Shown here one piece after another: positions 47,573-55,986 of a stretch of 57,494 nucleotides of DNA. Every line of letters starts with the position of its first letter. The first letter of the stretch is position 1. Source of the DNA: a virus (lineage: Duplodnaviria > Caudoviricetes); the IMG/VR virus record IMGVR_UViG_3300049032_000056, positions 1-57,494 of that record; one strand, written 5' to 3'. Made by a program: the position numbers and the translations under genes. The notes below the pieces were generated by a model, which ran no database searches, was not told the DNA's origin, and was given only the letters and a program-made list of their open reading frames with translations.

Positions 47573-47770
47573 TCATGCTTTCCAGTCTTTGTAGTCCCTC
47601 TCTGTAAGCTCAATAATATTCACTATTTTAACCCAATCATGGCCGGACTCTTTAAAATCACGAGCAATCTGAGATTTGGATATATATCCACCATCGCAAC
47701 TCATATCCATGTGACCTTCGTAATTGGTGTAGTCTTTGCGAGACTTAAAAAAAACTATAAAGTATCTCAT
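47573..47770 (-). CDS. Hypothetical protein
   Basis: Probable start MRYFIVFF; ATGA-coupled. Confidence 0.6.
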   Translation of the reverse strand: MRYFIVFFKSRKDYTNYEGHMDMSCDGGYISKSQIARDFKESGHDWVKIVNIIELTERDYKDWKA

Positions 47771-47964
47771 TTCCGTGTAAGTTTTAAGTGAATGCCGAGA
47801 ACCATGCCGATCATTCCAAGTGCTACGCTGATGTATACTGTCGCCCAAGTTGTGAAAGGAAACTGCCATACTGTTGCTTCAAGCCATATCATAAATAGCG
47901 ACGCAATCACTGATCCAATCGACAATCCCATTGATCCGAAGAATATTTTGTCTGATGTGCTCAT
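47767..47964 (-). CDS. Small two-TM protein
   Basis: Probable start MSTSDK; hydrophobic segments. Confidence 0.55.
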   Translation of the reverse strand: MSTSDKIFFGSMGLSIGSVIASLFMIWLEATVWQFPFTTWATVYISVALGMIGMVLGIHLKLTRK

Positions 47965-47966
47965 GA

Positions 47967-48254
47967 TTATTTTGATATAATGTTTTCCTGATGCGACCAC
48001 CATTTCTCACCTTTCTTGTTAGGCGTTCCATCCTTTTTAAGCCACACGCCAAAGTATCTCATCATCGGGGTGTTATTAGCAGCCATGTATGGCTCCATTT
48101 TCTCTATTCTGATCGTGTACGCGTGATCCGTAACCAAGTCTCCTATTTTGTAGGTATTGTTGTCAATAGCGCATTGCCTTGCTGCATCACCCTTTTCTTT
48201 GTAAGCCCTGTCGCTTATTTCACGATATAGCTTTTTATATTCTTCAACTGTCAT
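47967..48254 (-). CDS. Hypothetical phage protein
   Basis: YKIGDLV...LKKDGTP motif. Confidence 0.7.
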   Translation of the reverse strand: MTVEEYKKLYREISDRAYKEKGDAARQCAIDNNTYKIGDLVTDHAYTIRIEKMEPYMAANNTPMMRYFGVWLKKDGTPNKKGEKWWSHQENIISK

Positions 48255-49243
48255 TGTGCCGGTATTACTTCAATCTGTGAAACATCGATCCCCTTATGCT
48301 GCGCGTAGGATTTAAGAAGCTCGTCGTAAGTTACTTTTACCGGGTCTGGCCTCCTAGCCTCTTCAACAAAGCACAAAACCCCTGTTAGCTTATCAAATAC
48401 ATAGTGCCCAGTACTTACGGAGGGCTCAATGTAGTATCCAGTACAGTAGTGCTTACCGTTATTGAAGCAAATAACCAGATCGCCCGTCTTGAATTTGTCT
48501 TTTTGTGGTTCGGAAATGATCGACTCCGGCTCGCTGCTTGGATTCTTCGATATGGTTCCTCCTGATGGGAAATTTGGATATCCCTTTGCTTTCTCGGCAG
48601 ATACCTTTAACGCTTCTCTGGCTATTTCAGCTACTCTGTCTGTGAACTCCTTTATGGTCTCCGGGTTGACCTTGAATGGCTCTTGTGAGTGAACTTTCGG
48701 CTTTATAATGTCCGCTATCTGGTCGAAAAAAGAAGTCGGTTCGGGACTTTTCTCCGCCTTTGGTTTTGTGAAATACTCAGTTAACTCACCCACTGTTGCT
48801 TTCCTGAAATTTGGACCATCATCGCTTTTGAGGTACATATATCTCTTATCTGAGTATGGCTCTGGGTATAGAAATTCGTCATCAACGTGGTGTACCTTGT
48901 ATAAGCCCTCAAATTCAAGCACTGTACTGCCCTTCCATAAGCAAACCGCCCACTCACCTGGGCAGAACTCATCCCCCTGACTCATTGCCGCAATTGCAAG
49001 GAAAAGGTCGGGGTTGAATTCAGGGATGTGAGTCTCAGCACAATTGCTTGTAGGTGCTGAGAAATAACATCCATTAGGTGCCGCTGCCCAGTTATCAACT
49101 ACAATATTGTTCCCCTCGTGGAACCGTTGCGGCTCCATCCAGAAAGGCTTTATTCCTATTGAATACAATTCCTCTTTAAGGAATTCGTCGAACTGACCTT
49201 GATTGCACGGCATGCTAACAGGCTGCTTAAATTTCCTTTCCAT
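48251..49243 (-). CDS. Multi-domain hypothetical protein
   Basis: About 330 aa; FN.DLFLA.AAM motif; probable start MERKFK. Confidence 0.7.
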   Translation of the reverse strand: MERKFKQPVSMPCNQGQFDEFLKEELYSIGIKPFWMEPQRFHEGNNIVVDNWAAAPNGCYFSAPTSNCAETHIPEFNPDLFLAIAAMSQGDEFCPGEWAVCLWKGSTVLEFEGLYKVHHVDDEFLYPEPYSDKRYMYLKSDDGPNFRKATVGELTEYFTKPKAEKSPEPTSFFDQIADIIKPKVHSQEPFKVNPETIKEFTDRVAEIAREALKVSAEKAKGYPNFPSGGTISKNPSSEPESIISEPQKDKFKTGDLVICFNNGKHYCTGYYIEPSVSTGHYVFDKLTGVLCFVEEARRPDPVKVTYDELLKSYAQHKGIDVSQIEVIPAQ

Positions 49244-49369
49244 TTTTCGTCTCGTTAAGTTGATCAATCAGTTTGTCAGCGTTTTCGCAAATGTTGTTAA
49301 CCTCTTTGTAATTCAGGTGTCCCATGTATGCGGCTACGCACATTGAAACAATAAATATCGATATCGGTA

Positions 49370-49561
49370 TCATACTCGGGAGGTGATTTCGGTGAGGAAA
49401 TATTCGTAGGGCTCTGACGGGAATAACTGAGCGCCTCCCGATAGTCGGATAACCATTCTTCTTTCGTCTTCTTCCCCGAACGAGATCACCGAATCAACAT
49501 GAAATGCTTTTCTGCATCCGTATTTGTCAGTGTACTCGATGAATCTGCTTTTCTTTTCCAT
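49370..49561 (-). CDS. Small FlbD-like beta-rich protein
   Basis: FIE.TD..G....HVD.V.S.....I.L..G....EP pattern. Confidence 0.5.
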   Translation of the reverse strand: MEKKSRFIEYTDKYGCRKAFHVDSVISFGEEDERRMVIRLSGGAQLFPSEPYEYFLTEITSRV

Positions 49562-49562
49562 G

Positions 49563-49730
49563 TTAGTTTTCGTCGGTTAGTGTTTTCATAGCAACAAAGT
49601 ACAAAGCCGCAAATATGCCTGGCCCGACCAATACAGCCACCCCTCCAAATAATAATACGCAAACCGGCATTGAAACTATGACCAATAATGATGCAGCTAA
49701 GTACTTTTCCGACTTCGTGAGATTTTTCAT
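49563..49730 (-). CDS. Small two-TM protein, 55 aa, not in the ORF track
   Basis: MKNLTKSEKYLAASLLVIVSMPVCVLLFGG... Confidence 0.55.
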   Translation of the reverse strand: MKNLTKSEKYLAASLLVIVSMPVCVLLFGGVAVLVGPGIFAALYFVAMKTLTDEN

Positions 49731-49894
49731 TCCTTATCCGTTTTGTTTTGATAGTTAACGATAGCCCGGTCGAGCGTTTCGGCTTTTTTCTCCCATCCGT
49801 TGTAGATTTTGAGAGCTTCGTTTGAGGGTACAAATGTGATCTTCCTCTTTTCGCTGTTCTTCGGCGTTCTTCCGCCAGTTTTTTTGCCTTTCAT
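49727..49894 (-). CDS. Small basic protein, 55 aa, possibly ribbon-helix-helix, not in the ORF track
   Basis: MKGKKTGGRTPKNSEKRKITFVPS...; ATGA-coupled on both sides. Confidence 0.6.
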   Translation of the reverse strand: MKGKKTGGRTPKNSEKRKITFVPSNEALKIYNGWEKKAETLDRAIVNYQNKTDKE

Positions 49895-50367
49895 AGATTA
49901 TTTTGGTGTTTACATGCTTCAATAAGTGATTCGGTGTCCTTGTAAACTGTTAATAGGCTTTTTAGTAGCCAATCAGGAACAAGATCGAGCCTTCCTTTGC
50001 CGATTTGCTTTGTCATTGTTGCGACCGAATTTTGAACCCGAATCCAACTTGTAGATGTTTCCGGTGTTTTCATATCGAGCCAATCCATGTAAGCCTCATA
50101 ATCCACAATATATTCGGATTCAACGTGGCATGATTTGCATAGCAAATGCAGGTTGTCAACTCCGTCACCACCTCCCTTAACTTTCGGTACAATATGACAG
50201 CGCTCAGTACCTCCTTGATAGCCACATGCGAAACACACCGATTGAATCATCTTTGGGGTGCAGTTATCTTCGTAGATAGCTTCCATCCAATATTTATCAT
50301 TTTCAATCAAATCATTTGCCCAATAGGATAATATTTGAGCTTTTGAAGGCATATTTCTTTTGCACAT
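49891..50367 (-). CDS. HNH endonuclease
   Basis: CFACG...HIVP...GG.D...NL.LLC..CH; TACCTTTG promoter at 50392-50399. Confidence 0.88.
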   Translation of the reverse strand: MCKRNMPSKAQILSYWANDLIENDKYWMEAIYEDNCTPKMIQSVCFACGYQGGTERCHIVPKVKGGGDGVDNLHLLCKSCHVESEYIVDYEAYMDWLDMKTPETSTSWIRVQNSVATMTKQIGKGRLDLVPDWLLKSLLTVYKDTESLIEACKHQNNL

Positions 50368-50497
50368 GCTCGTTTCGTTTAAGTGATGAATCAAAGGTAT
50401 TGCAATTAGATATATAATGCAAGCATTTAGATAATTATTTTTCAGAATTATTATTTTTTCGCTTAATTCGCCTAAACAACCTGAAAAAGATCATACG

Positions 50498-50929
50498 ATG
50501 AAAAGCATTCTTCTAACATTAGTGTTCGCAATCGCTTGCATAGGAGTGCAGGCTCAAACATCAAAGGCGTTTCCGTTAAAGTCGGACGTAGCCGGTAAGA
50601 CATCAACGCAGGCAAAAGCGGATACGGCAGTCAATACGACCGCTAAAAGCCAGACGGCAGTAATTCCCGGTTATTGGGCCACTATTTCAGTTCAGGTCGA
50701 TCTCACAAGGATATCAGGCACCACGGCAGGTAAGCTTTACTACGAAGGATCGTTGACCGGATCAGGCGTATATGAGAAAGTGGATTCGCTGACACTCGCC
50801 AACGTCGCGGCACAATCAAAGGTATTTAATTCCACGCCAGGTAAGTTTGTATATTACAGGGTTCGCGTGGTTCCGACAGGTACGCAGAGCACTTCATTCC
50901 GTAGTCTCGCAGTAGCCAGAAAGCAATAA
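50498..50929 (+). CDS. Secreted/periplasmic beta-rich protein with signal peptide
   Basis: MKSILLTLVFAIACIGVQA-Q, a Bacteroidota-style SPI cleavage site. Confidence 0.8.
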   Translation: MKSILLTLVFAIACIGVQAQTSKAFPLKSDVAGKTSTQAKADTAVNTTAKSQTAVIPGYWATISVQVDLTRISGTTAGKLYYEGSLTGSGVYEKVDSLTLANVAAQSKVFNSTPGKFVYYRVRVVPTGTQSTSFRSLAVARKQ

Positions 50930-50957
50930 TTCTTTTCCGTCTTGTTTAGATTACTTC

Positions 50958-50988
50958 AAACCGGTTGTTTTTTAATGGCCGGTTTTTT
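50958..50988 (+). terminator. Intrinsic terminator
   Basis: AAACCGGTTG...TGGCCGGTTT followed by a T-run. Confidence 0.75.
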
Positions 50989-50998
50989 ATGTTTGTAC

Positions 50999-51155
50999 GT
51001 CAGGTGTAGGCAACCAAGCATTCTTGTCGGATCTGACTTGTATCAGATTGTTTCGTTTGCAGAAGAGGGGCCATAGACGAATGGGTATAATTCGCCTGCT
51101 TTGAATAGTAGGAGGTAGCTGGTTCGAGTCCGGTTGGCCGCGCGCCTAACCTGAC
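50999..51155 (+). ncRNA. Structured RNA with paired ends enclosing a tRNA-like domain
   Basis: GTCAGGT(G)TAGGC pairs with GCCTAACCTGAC; TATGTTTG promoter at 50988-50995. Confidence 0.55.
51067..51142 (+). tRNA. Aberrant tRNA-like element (tRNA-Ala-like scaffold, 8-nt anticodon loop TTTGAATA, no CCA)
   Basis: Acceptor GGGGCCA/TGGCCGC, anticodon stem CCTGC/GTAGG, T-arm GCTGG-TTCGAGT-CCGGT. Confidence 0.65.
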
Positions 51156-51199
51156 AACATTTTAACATTAACTGTTATGGCTGATATAATCTTAGTATA

Positions 51200-51736
51200 A
51201 TGTTCAAACTCCGATCACTCGAAGAGCTAACCAAGTATGAAAGAAACCCCAGAAAAATTACTGAGGTAGATTTGGCAAAGCTGATTCAGTCAATTCGTGA
51301 TAACGGGGAGTATTTCAATGCCAGGCCGCTGATACTTTCGGATAGAACCGGAGAATTGGTTATTATTGCCGGGAATCAGCGATATGAGGCGGCTAAGTTC
51401 TTAGATATGGATGTAGTGCCAACTTATCTCATATCAGGGCTTACAGAGGAAAAGGAGAAAGAGATTTTAGTTCGCGATAACGTTTCCAATGGCGAATTTG
51501 ATTGGGATATGCTCCACAATGAGTGGGATGAGATGCAGCTTAATGATTGGGGGTTAGATATTAAATTTCCCGATCCGACCGTTGAAGAAGAGACTCCAAG
51601 CGGATCAACTGAACTATCGGACACGACAATAAAATTGGAGTACACAGCAGAAGACTGCGAAAGAGTGAGGCAACACCTGGCAAAGATAAGTTCAACGCCT
51701 GAACAGGCAGTTTGGAAGCTATGCGGGTTTAATTGA
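51200..51736 (+). CDS. ParB/Srx N-terminal domain protein
   Basis: Y.RNPR.I, L..SI, IIAGNQRY.AA, RDN...GE.DWD.L. Confidence 0.85.
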   Translation: MFKLRSLEELTKYERNPRKITEVDLAKLIQSIRDNGEYFNARPLILSDRTGELVIIAGNQRYEAAKFLDMDVVPTYLISGLTEEKEKEILVRDNVSNGEFDWDMLHNEWDEMQLNDWGLDIKFPDPTVEEETPSGSTELSDTTIKLEYTAEDCERVRQHLAKISSTPEQAVWKLCGFN

Positions 51737-51738
51737 CA

Positions 51739-51794
51739 TTGGACGCGGAATCGTCCGTAAATAATAATTGGCTGGTGGTATTGCCGTAAATACC
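51739..51794 (+). promoter_or_regulatory. Two TTGG-(stem-loop)-CCGTAA motifs upstream of terS
   Basis: TTGGACG-cggaat-CGTCCGTAA and TTGGC-tggtggtatt-GCCGTAA. Confidence 0.55.
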
Positions 51795-51823
51795 TAGTTT
51801 TTAAGCAGTGAACGAGCAGTGAG

Positions 51824-52228
51824 ATGAATCCCGATGAGAAATCTTACAATGTCCAGAATCTAACGCCATTTCAAAAAGGAGTATCAGGTAATCCGACCGG
51901 GAAGAGGGGAAAGAAGAATAGAAGTACAATTATTAAGAAGTGGATGACGGCTCAATCAACAGGGAAAAACCCTGTTACTGGCCTTGAAGACACACTTTCA
52001 CAAGAAGATTGGATCATTATCGCAATGATCGGACAGGCCAGAAAAGGCAATGTCAGGGCTGCCGAATTTCTACTTGATGGCAAGTACGGCCCACTACTCA
52101 AACTCGCAGCATTAGGACAAACAGGCAACCCGGACAATGAACCGGTGAAAGATAGCTATATCTCATTCGAGATTGTAGATCCCAAATTTGAAGAAATAAC
52201 CGATCTGGAAATCAGTGCAAATCAGTAG
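51824..52228 (+). CDS. terS: Terminase small subunit
   Basis: NL.PFQKG.SGNP.G and A.KG.V.AA..LLD..YG; upstream of terL. Confidence 0.8.
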   Translation: MNPDEKSYNVQNLTPFQKGVSGNPTGKRGKKNRSTIIKKWMTAQSTGKNPVTGLEDTLSQEDWIIIAMIGQARKGNVRAAEFLLDGKYGPLLKLAALGQTGNPDNEPVKDSYISFEIVDPKFEEITDLEISANQ

Positions 52229-53600
52229 GAAACAGGCCGAAGCCTTGCAAGTGATGTCCGACCCGAATATATCGGCAGTGCTGTATGGCGGGGCGATAAG
52301 GGGCGCTAAAACCTACCTTCTTGGACTTAGCCACGCGATCCGGGCCTTATCTTTCCCTAAATCAAGGTGGACATTAATGCGTAAGGATACGCCGCGTATT
52401 ACCACCAACCTACTACCTTCAATATCCAGTTGCTACTCACAGCCTGAGATAGCAAGGCATATCCGCACTTTCAACCAAAACAAGCTCGAATTTCACTTTA
52501 AGAACGATTCGATTGTAAAACTGTTTCCTGAATCGTTCGATCAGGACAAGACGTTATCTAGATTCTTGGGCCTTGAAATGAATGGGTTTGCCTTTGATGA
52601 GCTCAACGAGTTTCAAGAAATCACCTACGAGCAGGCTTTTGTTCGTGCCGGTTCGTGGCTTAATGCAGAGCCAAATAAGTTTGGACATGACCCAAAGGCT
52701 TCGGTAGACGCGTCCTGTAACCCGAATAAAGGATGGGTAAAAGACAAGTGGTATGATCCGTGGAAGGACAACGGCGGCGTGCACCCCAACCCAAAGTGGA
52801 AGTATATCCAGGCTAGAATAACAGACAATCCGTGGGTTAAACCGGAATTGTTGCTGCAATTGAAGAACAACATGACTCCGATCAACTATCAACGGTTTGT
52901 TGCCGGTGATTGGGATTATGTAGAGCGGCAAGGGCATGAATGGCTTTATCAGTTCAATCATAATCAACACGTGCGGCCCGTAGAATACGACAAATATGCA
53001 CCAACCTATCTGACCTACGACTTTAACGTTGTGCCGTACATGACAATGCTCGCGTTCCAGGTTAAGGAAGAGAACGGGTACTGGTACATGCGTTTTTACG
53101 ATGAGTTCTGCATGGAGCACCCTAAAAACAACTCGCGTGATACTACGCAGGAGTGGGTGAATAAATACCCGAGGCAATACGGGAATGTACCTGTGTCTTA
53201 CTGTGGGGATAGATCAGGAGAGAACAGGGTGCCCGGATTCGGTGAAGATAAGGCGTTTAATGAAGTCCGGCGGGTATTGCAGCCATATCTTCACAACGGA
53301 AGCGACAGAGTGTTTAAAAGGCAGTTCTTCAACGAGTTTATCAGGACAATGCTCAACGATGCATTATCAGGCGTTTTGCCTATTGCAATCCAGATAGACC
53401 CCAAGTGTAAGAACCTGATTAAAGACATTCAAATGACGCTGGAAAGTAAAGACGGCGGGTTTATGAAGGAACGGGCGGTGTACGCTGAGACTCAAATTCC
53501 TTACGAAAAAAACGGTCACTGCGTCGATGCAATGAAATACGGTTTTCTTTCTGTATTTTCGGATGTTTATTTGAAACAATACCATAACAGGCAGTATTAA
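52215..53600 (+). CDS. terL: Terminase large subunit
   Basis: Walker A GGAIRGAKT, Walker B FAFDE, CNP, DNP, nuclease YDFN and H.VDA.KY. Confidence 0.93.
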   Translation: MQISRKQAEALQVMSDPNISAVLYGGAIRGAKTYLLGLSHAIRALSFPKSRWTLMRKDTPRITTNLLPSISSCYSQPEIARHIRTFNQNKLEFHFKNDSIVKLFPESFDQDKTLSRFLGLEMNGFAFDELNEFQEITYEQAFVRAGSWLNAEPNKFGHDPKASVDASCNPNKGWVKDKWYDPWKDNGGVHPNPKWKYIQARITDNPWVKPELLLQLKNNMTPINYQRFVAGDWDYVERQGHEWLYQFNHNQHVRPVEYDKYAPTYLTYDFNVVPYMTMLAFQVKEENGYWYMRFYDEFCMEHPKNNSRDTTQEWVNKYPRQYGNVPVSYCGDRSGENRVPGFGEDKAFNEVRRVLQPYLHNGSDRVFKRQFFNEFIRTMLNDALSGVLPIAIQIDPKCKNLIKDIQMTLESKDGGFMKERAVYAETQIPYEKNGHCVDAMKYGFLSVFSDVYLKQYHNRQY

Positions 53601-53869
53601 TGAAAAACCTTCCAACTTTTGATGAGAGTTACTTAATATATCACGACGACGATCATAGTAAATCTGAATCAAGGGTATTGCTTGATAAGATAACCCATAT
53701 AGAAGGTTCAGAAACCGGGGCCGGGTCTGCCTATTCCTTAGTCTATGTGGAAGGGGGTAAATGGGTTAAAGTTTACGGAAAGACCCATGAAATAGCAGAC
53801 GTCCTGTCCAATGCTTTGGATAAAAGAAAAAACAAATCATTCTTTGGAAGGATATTTAACACCAAATAA
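53600..53869 (+). CDS. Small FlbD-like beta-rich protein
   Basis: V.LDKITHIE...S.VY..GG..V.V.....EI...L pattern. Confidence 0.55.
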   Translation: MKNLPTFDESYLIYHDDDHSKSESRVLLDKITHIEGSETGAGSAYSLVYVEGGKWVKVYGKTHEIADVLSNALDKRKNKSFFGRIFNTK

Positions 53870-55678
53870 ATGATCACCGTAGAGCAAGGTTTACAAATAT
53901 TAAAGCCCTTTGTGGACTCACAGGGCAGGCACCCGCATTACGAACGCACGGTTGATAAGCGCAAGTTTTACGAATCATCCATGACAGGCGACGGGTTGGA
54001 TGAATACCTCATACATTTTGAGCGCAGGGAAACGCTGGAACAATTGGGGTTAAGAAAGAAGATCACCAACCAATGCGTTACACCTCCTGTTAACGAGGCG
54101 AGCGTCAAGTTCTCCAAAACCAGCCGTTATCCAAACATCAAAAAAGACCTGTACTATTTAACCGATACTGACAGGATTAAAACCTTGCAGGAGGCGCTAA
54201 ATAAGTTCTGTTTTGAGGGTGATGTGCAGGAGTGGATTGCGATAAACTACGACCGGCGCGGCCTGATAGACCCGAACTCGTTCCTGATCATTGATTTCAA
54301 GAGCTTTGACGTTGCACAGAACGAAAGGCCGGAGCCTTACGGGGTGTTCGTTCCTTGTGACGATGTGGTAGACTTCGAATTCCTGCCTAACGATGAGCTC
54401 AATTACCTGATCATCACGCGTCCCTATATTTTCTACACTCAGGACGGAGACAGGGTTGTTCTTACGGATTACTATTGCTATTGCGGGGATGATATCATTG
54501 TGCTGGAAGAATACCATGAAGAGCGCAAAATGATGGGTGAGCTACTTCCTGATGTTGGCGTAAGTGACTATTACATTTATACGCTATCTTCAAAAGCCGG
54601 GCAGGTTCAGGCGTTCCCGATGGGGTACATTAAAGACCCTAGCACAAATTATAAAACCTTCATATCGCCTCTCGATCCGGCAGAGCCCGTAATACGCGAC
54701 CTGATAAACGATAAATCAGAATATGACCAGACAAAACGGTTTCACGTGTTCCCTCAGAAGTATCAATTCGTGGATAACTGCCAGGGTGAAAGCGAGTACA
54801 TCACGTGCGATTCGGGATGCAGGCCAGACGGGGCTAAGTGTAAGAAATGTAATGGAACAGGATTAGCGCCAATTCATACGAGTAGTTCTGACGTATTGAC
54901 ATTTAGAATGCCCAAAGAAAAGAATGATTATTTCATTCCTTTGGCCGACATGTCGCATTACAGTAAGCCGGAGATAGAGATTATCCAGCACTTGCGCGAA
55001 GACATCCAAAACGGGCAGCGGGAAATACTAAGGGCAATATTTACAGCCTCCACCGCTAAGAAGCCAAACGGAGGCGTAGATATTGAGGAAACAGCAACAA
55101 AGACCGTTATTACAGTAGACGAAGAAAGCAACACGCTTTTGCCTTACTGTTATCACAAGGCCAAATGCTACAAGTTCATCATCAAGCAAATCGCATTGTT
55201 CAACGACATTGCGGACGGATTGGTAATTGAATTTGAATATCCCAAATCCTTGCGCCTGGAATCGGTGGAAGAACTGCAAGACCTGCTTTCACGCATGGTG
55301 TCCGCTGGTGCCCCTTCTGCTTTGATCGATGACATTGAGCGTGAAATATTCGTTAAGCGATACATTGACGACCCGAAAGAACTTAACAGGATCGAGATTT
55401 TCAACCTTCACAGGCCGTTCAGGAACCGAAAAGAGTCAGACGTTCAGTTTGCCATTGGTCAGGGCATTGTTCCGAAATGGAAACAGGTTGCATGGGCGAA
55501 CTACGAGGCTATCGTTGCCGAGCTCGACGAAGACGAATCGTTCTTTAAAAAGAAGTTTGCCGAGCGTGAGAAAATGATACGCGTGATTGCCGAGAAAATG
55601 GAAAAGGAATTGGAGCCGGAACCGGTTGAGGGCTTCTTGAATGGTAAGGCACAGGTGGTAACGCCCAATTTAAACTAG
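53870..55678 (+). CDS. Portal protein with Cys-rich zinc-finger-like insertion
   Basis: 602 aa after terL; C..(CDSG)...CKKCNGTG insert. Confidence 0.8.
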   Translation: MITVEQGLQILKPFVDSQGRHPHYERTVDKRKFYESSMTGDGLDEYLIHFERRETLEQLGLRKKITNQCVTPPVNEASVKFSKTSRYPNIKKDLYYLTDTDRIKTLQEALNKFCFEGDVQEWIAINYDRRGLIDPNSFLIIDFKSFDVAQNERPEPYGVFVPCDDVVDFEFLPNDELNYLIITRPYIFYTQDGDRVVLTDYYCYCGDDIIVLEEYHEERKMMGELLPDVGVSDYYIYTLSSKAGQVQAFPMGYIKDPSTNYKTFISPLDPAEPVIRDLINDKSEYDQTKRFHVFPQKYQFVDNCQGESEYITCDSGCRPDGAKCKKCNGTGLAPIHTSSSDVLTFRMPKEKNDYFIPLADMSHYSKPEIEIIQHLREDIQNGQREILRAIFTASTAKKPNGGVDIEETATKTVITVDEESNTLLPYCYHKAKCYKFIIKQIALFNDIADGLVIEFEYPKSLRLESVEELQDLLSRMVSAGAPSALIDDIEREIFVKRYIDDPKELNRIEIFNLHRPFRNRKESDVQFAIGQGIVPKWKQVAWANYEAIVAELDEDESFFKKKFAEREKMIRVIAEKMEKELEPEPVEGFLNGKAQVVTPNLN

Positions 55679-55710
55679 ACCCCTCATTATTCTAGGAGAT
55701 TTAACGTAAA

Positions 55711-55986
55711 ATGCTAAATATGAATCCATTACGATTAGTTAGAGTTGTGGCCGAGTGCCAGACACAGGAAGGCAAGGAAGTTGGTGTTTTTGTTGGAGAG
55801 GAAGAGGCGATGGCTTACACAGAATTCTTGACAATTTACATCAATCCAAGCATGGTAGACAGCATTGCCCCGGCTTACGATCGATCCAAATCTGTTATTT
55901 ACATGAGGTCGGGAGATTCATTCGTAATGAGTGGAAGCCCTGATGAAGTGTATTCGGAGCTAGGTAAATTATATCAAGATCTGTGA
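55711..55986 (+). CDS. Small FlbD-like beta-rich protein
   Basis: IYINP..V.SI.....S.IYM.SG....V..SPDEV pattern. Confidence 0.6.
   Translation: MLNMNPLRLVRVVAECQTQEGKEVGVFVGEEEAMAYTEFLTIYINPSMVDSIAPAYDRSKSVIYMRSGDSFVMSGSPDEVYSELGKLYQDL

Noticed and set aside
51067-51142. attP site derived from a tRNA 3' end
   Set aside because: There is no integrase, and the element is a full but diverged cloverleaf rather than a perfect 3' fragment.
51200-51736. ParABS plasmid partition system
   Set aside because: No ParA or centromere array is visible; ParB-N genes beside terS are common in phage packaging regions.
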